From positions 1 through 43,703 of IMG/VR virus record IMGVR_UViG_3300029822_000021: a stretch of DNA of 43,703 nucleotides; one strand, 5' to 3'. Position numbers and translations under genes: made by a program. The notes beneath the pieces are model-generated. The model saw nothing but the letters and a program-made list of their open reading frames with translations. It was not told the origin of the DNA and did no database searches. This DNA comes from a virus. Its lineage: Duplodnaviria; Caudoviricetes. Below, in pieces: positions 36,301-43,064 of the stretch. The first letter of the stretch is position 1, and every line of letters begins with the position of its first letter.

Positions 36301-38092
36301 GCCTTTTTACACCGTAGCCGAGATGCGCGAGATGACAAAGAAAAAGAGCGAAAAGTACATCAAAGAGATCGGTCGTAACCTGACGCGGGAGAATATCATT
36401 CTGTTCGCCTTGAACCAGGGTAACGAGATGAACAAGCAGCGCGCCAAGGACGGTTTCGCAACGCCGCTAAGCGACAAAACGGGCCTGACTGATGCCCAGG
36501 TGGATGCGATCCTCAGCTATATGACCGAAAAGGATTGGCAACTGGCGCAGAGTGTCTGGGATTACGTTGACACGTACTGGGATGAAATCAAGAAGCTGGA
36601 GGAAGAGGTCACCGGGGTAACACCGGAAAAAGTGGAGGCGACGCCTGTGGTTACGCCATACGGAACCCTGCGCGGCGGCTATTTTCCGATTGCCTATGAT
36701 CCCGGGAAATCATCAGCGGCAGCGACGAACGAAGCGCAGTTGAACGCACTCTACAAAGAAATGCCAGCTGCCAGAGCTGCGACGCGTCAAGGCCACACAA
36801 AGCAGCGAGCGCAGCACGTTGAGCGACCAATCCTGCTTACCTGGGGCGTCTTGACACGCCATTTGAACAACGTCGCACACGACCTGACGCACAGGAGAGC
36901 CATTATCGATGCGAACAGATTCCTGAAAAACCGCGATGTCCGGACTGCCGTCGAAAGTGCCGTCGGTCAGGCGGGGTACCGTTCATTGGAAAATGCGCTG
37001 AAGGCCATCGCCGCCGATCAGGGCGATAGCCTGACACCTCTTGATAAGGTTGTTCGTTGGAGTCGCACTCATACAACAATGTTCGCCCTGGGCGGCAATC
37101 TACGCCTGGCTCTGCTGCAGCTGTCGGGAGTTCACCAATCTGCCTGGGAGATTGGCGCGATTCCAACCATGCGCGGCATTGGGAACTTTATCGCTAATCC
37201 GCAGCAGACTTGGAAAACGGTACACGAAAAATCAACTTTCATGGCAAACCGTGGTCAAACGTTCGACCGCGATGTCTATGATTATTTCAACAAGATGTTC
37301 AAAAAAGACCGGAGCAAGGCAGACTTCGCTTTCTGCCTGGCCGGGTTTGCCGACCAGTTATGGACGGTGCCAATGTGGATGGAATCTTACCGCATGGCAC
37401 TGGCCGAAGGATTGACCGAACAGGATGCCATTGCACGAGCAGACGGACATGTGGAACGCGCTGCCGGATCCGGTACCGTGCTGGGGCAATCAGCTGCACA
37501 GCGTGGGCCGGAGATTCAAAAACTAATGACGATGTTCTACAGTTACGGCAATCAGCTGGCCAATTTATACTGGCTGAACGCTAAGCGCGCTGGCGTGGAG
37601 ATTCGCCAGGGACAAACCGGAGCGGCCACAAAACGTATCGCGGCCATGGTTGCCTATGGTTGGATCTTACCAGGGATTTTCGAATGGGGCATCCGTGAAA
37701 TTTTGAGACAAAAACGTGGCGATGAGGAACCGGAAGACGTTTTTAAGCGCCTGGTGGCAGCGTTGCCCTCCGGCTTACTCCAGACCATTCCACTGTTGCG
37801 CGATATCGCATCGGCATTCATCAATCGGCAGATGGGCATTTACGACGAATTCAGCGTTACACCGGTTGAAGATTCGATCAATGACGCGCTCGATACCATC
37901 GACCAGGCGAAAAAAGCGCTTGTTGGCGAGGGTGATCCAATGAAGGCGGTTGAATCTGTTGCAGAAACTGGCGCTTATAGCGCGGGTATCCCGAAACAGA
38001 TTGTCACCTGGGTGTTCAACATCCTCGACTGGATCACCGGCGAGGGTGCGCCAGCTGTGCAGGATCTGTTCACACGCCGACCTAAACGGTAA
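30302..38092 (+). CDS. Giant polyvalent internal virion/ejection protein (gp16 position)
   Basis: 2596 aa. LPD23-like (FDRFSLEKIGTG..GWGL.F), barnase/EndoU/RelE-like (I.FYWG..G...G.G..KI...TWLLTGW), ART-PolyVal (FKAWFGDS.VVDENGQPLVVYHGT...GYDGI), zincin FLHESAH, conserved C-terminal helical region. Confidence 0.8.
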   Translation: MPQDIDLSYLPIELQQRVRNAFYTDPASRLDEIFRASAGKDPANVARAIEIASQLDVTPDAVMAEKLTSGDITAAPPKAYWKWLHEYRPITTDFISDPYRMTAVRDILDDLDRSESWGAQRKRELRLHSLTVRQSELEWERMMSALISGQMPQLYNGELSAIEQELAQLSAEVDEGFWLNVMQQPAQWAFMAKHGATGAAIGGTIGGVGSGVAAILAGNAGPQALIPEEVVTVPTAVVGGAKVGAKIGGKLGAAKAMVMLEGGSAFRELSQMRDDNGDPIDPRLAAAGALAVGLINGGMEYLSMSTFLKLLTVVPGAKQVLSVISEAKLTELAKQAGKNASKSVILGVVKNYLVSLITEAGTETGQEASPQIVANVLKSISRQPFTAPETRAATAKEIWQRSTGVIVPTIQSTAFWGAITGGIGLGINAVQNTLQVQQAERNAQTYRAAGQVAAQSQLLDRTSTGYRDHMAEVLKGSPLETVYVDPEPFVTLLQSAAEEQGQQSQEVLRLAARELGVSDTEMQQALESGTPIAVPYAAWLQQTAKTPAYNALEEHVRFSPDGLTLAQAKSEEQRIDQITEQEQLRAQELIAESEQNQAGYQLVYDDIRSKLQAAGRPEGQFTARRWDAYIDKSARLWAAHAVTEAARRGITVEQWYQGTNRPEIRRGQVDTQGLVLNQQALHASLADFDRFSLEKIGTGVGQNLKGWGLNFTTSVALRDYYRQMFEQYRAEDGQKAIGYRVNIAEDSDLMNWETSLGEQPAKVQQAVEKVLEAHPELDSLGNINAREFYYALAETLGGTKEASLALRNAGIPGHSYVMDAHEYGKVKNFVIYDEQSIEIKGKEYFQSGVNEQSASLPQNEAENIERGTAAMEEVIENHTDFLNAMYRQEVGGISFYWGEPGQAPEFKKGSGISKIIAKCTFEGLDGEAVARKMVEVLAKGELGEVYGPPEGQRVNIGYDGHTAVLSLYRDKNLQTWLLTGWKNDTEVSVDSGEGDGSAGPTLSEPMRTRPGEGAETSVDDIIPKPGTLFHRIPQTQTEAFKAWFGDSQVVDENGQPLVVYHGTQRPDRIGDRFRKDRATSGPMSFFTDNAEIASNYATGKQDTSLTREDTSYENWYQVKVRGKDNPVNIVQAWHSLSAEERRRISELAPRITENDDGDIYLAGPEHKTGLGGYTWQIKEAKGNALAALVDAWLNDGTLYNNEDKFAQVLDLAGLKDYQYDPPNASYPGVYPVYLAIRNPFDTANIPDDVVQALEKHSQTVQFEDGQGGADMWDKESRRPEDWIQMLRDDIAGGTTRAWTSIPDWVTDTLKELGYDGIKDAGGKLGGLGHTVWIPFEETQVKSATGNRGTFGPNNPSILLQGDKNTPRGAVHIGQSKSVIALLQAADPSTFLHESAHLWLNDMFEYVRSGQANESYLADWKTLSGWLQVADTQAELTTEQQEKFSRGFETYLMEGKAPSRGLRKVFAALKQWMIRVYRSVVPLNAPMSDAVRGVMDRMLATEEEIRQAEAAEAADQQLIGEADVAPEVLATLDDYRARAHEQATAQLLKSRMEEMTAQAIEKMEDEWIQTKDAVSEEMAVEPLFAAQQDLLSFMGADTDLRSLASMYRRDTLHTKVRERFERIAENYGLSGDELACKILDGQTIREELQRRTEQRMEAQHPELLPENLRATAQAAIHNEARSELIALENAILQEMVSKAQAGAINRRAALQRAQVMSRAAWSKAREILSRTNYKEATDATKYFAAERDAAVKAALAKQRGDLTRAQKYAEQRMVAHALAREALKNKVEVDKIFRYIQPLTKHGRSLMNMPKEFVFQIDALLGRFGFGPGPEIAPGDIVESLSDFAARMKDEYHELPFSSTMFAEAYRKPYQELTLGELRDLHQALKSLARMGRNYNSFLSLFKGADIRIAGAETRASIAEQVGNPRAHEKYIGSGKGSEKALSISDEIAGWLVKPEFYARFLDGDQDGPFQNYFLRPLKQARDAEQVMREKIMHDLSQLFKPFYTVAEMREMTKKKSEKYIKEIGRNLTRENIILFALNQGNEMNKQRAKDGFATPLSDKTGLTDAQVDAILSYMTEKDWQLAQSVWDYVDTYWDEIKKLEEEVTGVTPEKVEATPVVTPYGTLRGGYFPIAYDPGKSSAAATNEAQLNALYKEMPAARAATRQGHTKQRAQHVERPILLTWGVLTRHLNNVAHDLTHRRAIIDANRFLKNRDVRTAVESAVGQAGYRSLENALKAIAADQGDSLTPLDKVVRWSRTHTTMFALGGNLRLALLQLSGVHQSAWEIGAIPTMRGIGNFIANPQQTWKTVHEKSTFMANRGQTFDRDVYDYFNKMFKKDRSKADFAFCLAGFADQLWTVPMWMESYRMALAEGLTEQDAIARADGHVERAAGSGTVLGQSAAQRGPEIQKLMTMFYSYGNQLANLYWLNAKRAGVEIRQGQTGAATKRIAAMVAYGWILPGIFEWGIREILRQKRGDEEPEDVFKRLVAALPSGLLQTIPLLRDIASAFINRQMGIYDEFSVTPVEDSINDALDTIDQAKKALVGEGDPMKAVESVAETGAYSAGIPKQIVTWVFNILDWITGEGAPAVQDLFTRRPKR

Positions 38093-38122
38093 TCAGTCGA
38101 CTGAAAAGGAGATGAGCGCAAA

Positions 38123-38410
38123 ATGCCTGTAAGCATTAATCCTAAAAGCCGGATGGTGCCGCGTAAAAGAACGCGCGGAACCTCTAAAGGCACATACTCA
38201 GCAAAGATGGACGATAACAACTGGTATTTGCGTTCGGACGGCTCGCGGCAGCTCAGTCGAACATGGGACGCCGGTCCGCATCTGATCATCGCTGCCGCAC
38301 TGCTGGCTGACAGCGTGTCGGTACGGTCACAGACACATACCGGCAAACGCTTTGAGATGACCTATAACGATATTGAGAACAGCCTGGACTTGATATACCA
38401 CGAATTGTAG
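38123..38410 (+). CDS. Hypothetical protein (tail region)
   Basis: AAAAGGAG RBS; 95 aa. Confidence 0.6.
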   Translation: MPVSINPKSRMVPRKRTRGTSKGTYSAKMDDNNWYLRSDGSRQLSRTWDAGPHLIIAAALLADSVSVRSQTHTGKRFEMTYNDIENSLDLIYHEL

Positions 38411-38424
38411 GAAGGTGAAAGAGG

Positions 38425-39621
38425 ATGCTGCGCATAGGCAAGAAGAAGGGCGGTGTCCTCTCCGTCCTTGGTGACATCTATCTGGTCGGCGGTCAGAATG
38501 GGGCGAAAGTTACTTCGCGCGGTGATCTAAAAACTGAGACCGTCACAGAAGATCCATTGCTAAACAAAGTCAGCGTCCTGCCGGGTGGCGTGAAGAGCAA
38601 GGAAATATGGGCGGGATGGATGCAGACTTATAAGTGGGAATACGCCGACGGCAAGATCAAACGCCTTACCAGGCAGACCGTCGCAAGACTTATCGAAACA
38701 CTTGCAAATTCTCCGCAGCCTGTCGGAGAATTTTCTTTTTGCTTCGGTCCGGCGACGCAGGGCGATACTTCCGAGCTGCAAACTAAACGGCGCTATACCG
38801 AACGCATCTATGCTGTCTATCAGGCAACCGATGGCGATTACTACATGGCAAAAGGCAATGCCGATTTTAGCGGGTGGGACAGTACCGAGCGATTGGTGTT
38901 TGTCCCTTCTGGCGCATACAATCCGTCTATTGCCTTTGACGAACTAGGTTATATGACTGTCGCGGCTGAGTTTAATCCTGCTGGTGCGGAAATTGAATTG
39001 TGGATTTACAGCTATCCCTATACCGGTGACGCGATTCGGTCAATCGTTGTCGGGGAATATGCTCGCACACCGTTTCTGTTTCTCGATCCGGATTTGGATC
39101 TGCTGTTTTTCTACGGCAATAGTACCGAACTGAAGTACAGGGCGAAGTCGGAAGGATATGCAACCGACCATATACTTCCGTTGACTTCCGAAGAGCATGT
39201 CCAGCTTGAAACGGTGCGCTGGTTCACGCAACCGGACGGTTACCGCAGAATAATATCGGCGTACACCTTGGGCAACGAATCGAAGCTGCGCTATATTCAC
39301 ACGCACGGGATGCGGACGGAAGATTATGCCGAAAGCATGGGGAGCGAAACCGGACTAACAGAAATCACTTGGGAAATGGCTGTGCTTGAACCGCTTCTTG
39401 CAGAACTTGCTGAATCCGAATCTGCGCAGGCTGGGCTTGTGACGGTTACATGGGAAGAGGTTGTTAACTACAACGTTTCCATTAATCCTGCTGAATCCGA
39501 ATCCGCGCAGACTGGATTGACGACGATTAGTTGGGTGCAGATTTACAAGGTGAGCGACAGCAGACAAGAATCAGAACAAGCGCAAGTCGGACTTGTAAGT
39601 ATTCTTTGGGTCAAGCCATAG
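38425..39621 (+). CDS. Putative tail/receptor-binding protein with beta-rich domain and four C-terminal repeats
   Basis: Beta-propeller-like PSIAFD/PFLFLD segments; repeats AESxSAQxGLxxxxW. Confidence 0.6.
   Translation: MLRIGKKKGGVLSVLGDIYLVGGQNGAKVTSRGDLKTETVTEDPLLNKVSVLPGGVKSKEIWAGWMQTYKWEYADGKIKRLTRQTVARLIETLANSPQPVGEFSFCFGPATQGDTSELQTKRRYTERIYAVYQATDGDYYMAKGNADFSGWDSTERLVFVPSGAYNPSIAFDELGYMTVAAEFNPAGAEIELWIYSYPYTGDAIRSIVVGEYARTPFLFLDPDLDLLFFYGNSTELKYRAKSEGYATDHILPLTSEEHVQLETVRWFTQPDGYRRIISAYTLGNESKLRYIHTHGMRTEDYAESMGSETGLTEITWEMAVLEPLLAELAESESAQAGLVTVTWEEVVNYNVSINPAESESAQTGLTTISWVQIYKVSDSRQESEQAQVGLVSILWVKP
39328..39618 (+). repeat. Four intragenic repeats of 25-27 aa
   Basis: Units start at 39328, 39409, 39490 and 39565; GCTGAATCCGAATC is identical at 39409 and 39490. 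Confidence 0.8.
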
Positions 39622-39632
39622 GAGGGATATAG

Positions 39633-40541
39633 ATGGGCGAGATTATTGTTCCCATAAGCGTAGGGTTGCGCGGGGATGTAAAGTTGATCATGCGCAATGT
39701 AGTGACGGACGAAGTTGAAACACGCGAGATGAGAAACACGATATTCAAAAATTATTTGAACGCCTTGTTCAATTCGTATTATGTGCTTAATAATGGCATC
39801 TTTAGATCGATCAACGGAACTGTTCTTATTGGAACCAGCGATCAGCCAGCGTCTAGAAATGACACTGGAATTGTGGGCACAACACTCGCGACGAAAGTCG
39901 CCTCTTCGTCTATTGTTGCAACGGTTCCGCCAACAAAAACTTTTACTGCTGTCTTTCCGGCCGGAACGGGTGTCGGGCTAGTGAAGGAAGTAGTTATGGC
40001 CAATACGGCGAGGCAAGTAGTTAGCCCTGGGTTAGACAAGACAGCCCAGCATGAATTAACTGTGGTCTGGACATTTACTCTATCTCGTGGAGCGGATTCT
40101 TGGAGCGGAACCATTACGGGTGGACAAAGGGACGGAGTGACTGACGTTAACTGGATAGCGACAATCAATGACAATCAACTTGGTGGAATGGTTGGCAGTG
40201 GAGCCGGTAATTATAGTTTGAACCCATACTTATATGTTGGAAGTAGCAACGCAGAGAGCAACTTAGCAAGCGACCTCGGAACAACTCTAAAAGGCGCAAC
40301 ATTGTTCGGCGGTGCACCAGCGTTCAAAGAAGCGTTGTCCTATGTTGCTGATTCGTTTTACCGCGATTATAGGGTGGGTCTGGAAACTTCTCAGGGAAAT
40401 GGCTCGATCGGAGAAGCAATTGTGACGCTAAGTGTCTCTGCTTTTCCCATAGGCCGCATCACCTTCACTCCCGCGCTCGACAAAGTGGACACTTACCGTT
40501 TATACCTTACCTTCCGGATTGCGGTGGTGAACGCATCATGA
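39633..40541 (+). CDS. Tail structural protein with two tandem DUF3751-like beta modules
   Basis: IGT...P...DT...G.G...E...LDK....L.V.W and VGS...GNG.I.E...LDK....L.L.F. Confidence 0.6.
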   Translation: MGEIIVPISVGLRGDVKLIMRNVVTDEVETREMRNTIFKNYLNALFNSYYVLNNGIFRSINGTVLIGTSDQPASRNDTGIVGTTLATKVASSSIVATVPPTKTFTAVFPAGTGVGLVKEVVMANTARQVVSPGLDKTAQHELTVVWTFTLSRGADSWSGTITGGQRDGVTDVNWIATINDNQLGGMVGSGAGNYSLNPYLYVGSSNAESNLASDLGTTLKGATLFGGAPAFKEALSYVADSFYRDYRVGLETSQGNGSIGEAIVTLSVSAFPIGRITFTPALDKVDTYRLYLTFRIAVVNAS

Positions 40542-40684
40542 TAGCTGATACAGCATGGATTCAAGAGGGCGTATGGGGAGATGGGAATACGCCGGATGTG
40601 CAGGAGGCGGTTGATACGGGAAACGGGAACCTGCTAATCGATTACAGGCGAGGGCTATATGACAATAAGCAAATAAGTCAGTAA
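40538..40684 (+). CDS. Small hypothetical protein (48 aa; not in ORF track)
   Basis: ATGA overlap with the previous stop; ends just before a terminator hairpin. Confidence 0.5.
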   Translation: MIADTAWIQEGVWGDGNTPDVQEAVDTGNGNLLIDYRRGLYDNKQISQ

Positions 40685-40686
40685 GC

Positions 40687-40710
40687 AGACGGGCGAAAAG
40701 CCCGTTTTGT
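40687..40710 (+). terminator. Terminator-like hairpin before the lysis cassette
   Basis: AGACGGGC-GAAAA-GCCCGTTTT. Confidence 0.55.
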
Positions 40711-40725
40711 GTTAGAAAGGTGGTC

Positions 40726-41082
40726 ATGGCCTTGACAATAGAGTTGACAATTCTTATCTCAGGGATCTCGGTAGCTTTCGCGGTTTTTTTCGGTATCTCA
40801 AATATAAAACGCAACAGATCATCGGATGAACGTGACAGGACAGAAGACGAACGCAAAGACGCATCCCAAATGACTACCGTTATCGTTAAGTTAGAAAATA
40901 TCGGCACGACCACGACCGAGATCAAGTGCGACCTCAACACTCTGAAAAATGACTTACGTGCGACGTCGGAGCGGCTGGTAAGGGTTGAGGAATCTACGAA
41001 AAGTGCCCATAAACGCATTGATGCCCTCGAAGAGCGTTTGCTGGAGCATGAAACTCGTGCGAATAAGGAGGGTTTGGGATGA
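40726..41082 (+). CDS. Single-TM coiled-coil lysis protein (XhlA/holin-like)
   Basis: N-terminal TM, coiled coil, RLVRVEESTKSAHKRID motif; precedes the endolysin. Confidence 0.7.
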   Translation: MALTIELTILISGISVAFAVFFGISNIKRNRSSDERDRTEDERKDASQMTTVIVKLENIGTTTTEIKCDLNTLKNDLRATSERLVRVEESTKSAHKRIDALEERLLEHETRANKEGLG

Positions 41083-41690
41083 AGCCTAAACGCATTGTCA
41101 TTGATGCCGGTCACGGCGGCACAGATCCGGGTGCCGTTGGCTGGGTGCCACACTCGCCGGATATAGCGCCTAAGCGAGAAGTGGATCAGGCGTTAGCGAT
41201 CGCTGCTGCTGTTGCTGCGGAGCTGGATCGTCGGGGGTATGACGTGGTGATGACGCGCACTGCCGACAGGTACATGCAGCTACAGGAGCGCGTTATGTTT
41301 GTTAATGCGCTGAAACCTCAGGCCGCTCTGGTCATCAGCCTCCACCGCGATGCCGCCGCCAGCGCAAATGCGCAGGGCTTGACTGTGTTTTATAACAACA
41401 TGGGTAACAAGCCCAGCGTGCGCGGCAAGCGTCTGGCAGAAATCTTGCAGCGCCACCTAGTACAGCGCACCGGTCTGACCGACCGCAGTGCGCGTCCACG
41501 TCCAGCGTTTCGAGATGGTAAACAGGTTGAAACCTCGCTGGCCATTCTGCGCGATACCAAACCGCCAGCCGCGTTGGTGGAACTTGGCTTCATGAGCCAT
41601 CCGACAGAAGAATTGTTGGCAGACGATCCGAATTTCAGGCGCAGCTGCGCGCTAGCGATCGCTGGTGCGGTCGACGAGTATTTTCGGTAG
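41079..41690 (+). CDS. Endolysin, N-acetylmuramoyl-L-alanine amidase (Amidase_3), catalytic domain only
   Basis: IDAGHGG.DPGA, E, ISLH.DA, ALVELGFMS. Confidence 0.93.
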   Translation: MKPKRIVIDAGHGGTDPGAVGWVPHSPDIAPKREVDQALAIAAAVAAELDRRGYDVVMTRTADRYMQLQERVMFVNALKPQAALVISLHRDAAASANAQGLTVFYNNMGNKPSVRGKRLAEILQRHLVQRTGLTDRSARPRPAFRDGKQVETSLAILRDTKPPAALVELGFMSHPTEELLADDPNFRRSCALAIAGAVDEYFR

Positions 41691-41699
41691 AAAGGGGTA

Positions 41700-42014
41700 A
41701 TGTTAATGGAATTTTTCTCGCCGGTTCATTTCATGTTAGCCACCATTATTGGCGGGATCATGCAGTTGCTCAAGGGTGCCATACCTAAGCGGCTAAGGCC
41801 TATTATTCCTTTTCTGCTGGGGTTTGCCCTAGCTGCCCTGGTGACAATCATCGAGTATGGGGACGTCCCGGCGTGGCCGGTATTGCTCTCTAATATCCTT
41901 TGGCAGGGGATCATTGGGGCCGTCCTTTCTATGGCTGGCTATGACATAATTAAAGCGGGATTCGCGGGAGGTGCGCGTGATGTCAAAATTGGCGGAACGG
42001 ATCCGGAAGGTTAA
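41700..42014 (+). CDS. Holin (3 TM)
   Basis: Three hydrophobic segments, G...GYD motif, charged C-tail; follows the endolysin. Confidence 0.75.
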   Translation: MLMEFFSPVHFMLATIIGGIMQLLKGAIPKRLRPIIPFLLGFALAALVTIIEYGDVPAWPVLLSNILWQGIIGAVLSMAGYDIIKAGFAGGARDVKIGGTDPEG

Positions 42015-42603
42015 GACCCATGCGGTCGCATTTATCGTCGGAATCATTTCGGCAATGGCTATGGGGGCATGGCTCTTCTATCAAAAATTCAGGCCTCCCG
42101 GCTTTGACGGCCAAGGCCTCGCCGATCGGCAGGCAGACAGAAAGCGGAGGACGGAAGAAGAAGCGGCGAAGGCAGCCCAGGAACAATCAAACGCTGCCGA
42201 CCGGGGAGAGAGCTTCCAGGAAGCTGAATCGTTCCGTGACAAAATTCTGACCGGTGGCTTGATGATCCTGCTGAGTTTGTCTTTGCTGGCCACCACAGCT
42301 CGCGCCACCGAGCCGGGCCCGTTCGTTCCAGAGGACTATGCCGCCCTCAAACAATACTACTTGGCTACCTGGGACTTAGCGGAACGGTATCGCGGCTTGT
42401 ATCTGCAGGCGGAAGATTCAGCCAAGGTGTTGAGAGAATCGAACACCAAACTATTAATAATCATTGAAGAACAGGCCAAAGAGGTTGAATCTCTCAGGGA
42501 AGAACTGAGGCGGATGAACGCCTGGAGCTTCGGCGCACTGGGCGGAGTGACCTGGTCGACATCGGGCCCTGGTGTGTTTCTCGGAGGAACGATGCAGTTT
42601 TGA
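41980..42603 (+). CDS. Spanin-like / outer-membrane lysis candidate
   Basis: TM1, charged linker, TM2 ending in A-R-A, coiled coil, C-terminal Gly/aromatic beta-hairpin ending in Phe; last lysis gene. Confidence 0.55.
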   Translation: MSKLAERIRKVKTHAVAFIVGIISAMAMGAWLFYQKFRPPGFDGQGLADRQADRKRRTEEEAAKAAQEQSNAADRGESFQEAESFRDKILTGGLMILLSLSLLATTARATEPGPFVPEDYAALKQYYLATWDLAERYRGLYLQAEDSAKVLRESNTKLLIIIEEQAKEVESLREELRRMNAWSFGALGGVTWSTSGPGVFLGGTMQF

Positions 42604-42759
42604 GAGGGGGTGGTCCGTATCTCCCAAGCCGCGGGGAATGCGGCATAACGGAGGGAGGAGATCACCTGTTGAAGTATTCCTGAATAAGCAACTAACCACA
42701 AGGAGAAGACTGCCCTTCCAGAGAAGTGATTATAAAACAAATTAAGGGGGACTTCTCAA

Positions 42760-42942
42760 ATGCGTGAAAGAATAATGAACTCTCTTAAACCCAAAGTTTT
42801 CAATCTCATTGATAGGTCTGAGGATACGAAGAACATGCGGCGCGCCTTTGCATTGTTGATGGAAAAGCTTCATGAAAAGAACATACTCAGTACGGAGGAG
42901 ATCGAGCAAATGCTCGAAGATATCCAAAAAGACGATCACTAA
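42760..42942 (+). CDS. Small hypothetical protein (60 aa)
   Basis: AAGGGGG RBS; own terminator downstream. Confidence 0.6.
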   Translation: MRERIMNSLKPKVFNLIDRSEDTKNMRRAFALLMEKLHEKNILSTEEIEQMLEDIQKDDH

Positions 42943-42961
42943 AGCAAAGCAGTTACTTCGT

Positions 42962-42993
42962 AGCTCCGGGGAAACCCGGAGCTTTATTTTTTT
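42962..42993 (+). terminator. Intrinsic terminator
   Basis: AGCTCCGGG-GAAA-CCCGGAGCT followed by TTATTTTTTT. Confidence 0.85.
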
Positions 42994-43025
42994 ATCCGGC
43001 AGGAGTATAGGAACACGCGCTGAAG

Positions 43026-43058
43026 TGTATGATAAAATGTAGTATAAAAAATCATACA
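43026..43058 (+). promoter_or_regulatory. parMR promoter with overlapping inverted-repeat operator
   Basis: TG-N-TAAAAT (43030-43038) overlapped by TGTATGAT (43026-43033) / ATCATACA (43051-43058). Confidence 0.55.
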
Positions 43059-43064
43059 AAAGGG

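Noticed and set aside
39328-39618. CRISPR-like array
   Set aside because: Repeats are degenerate, in frame and protein-coding; no unique spacers between identical repeats and no cas genes.
38123-40684. Diversity-generating retroelement, expected from the BPP-1-like virion genes
   Set aside because: No reverse transcriptase, no avd-like gene and no TR/VR pair differing at adenines. The terminal parM repeat differs at synonymous sites of all bases.
42994-43064. R1-type parC centromere array
   Set aside because: Only one 8-bp IR and scattered GTAT motifs; no regular iteron array, so reported only as a promoter/operator.
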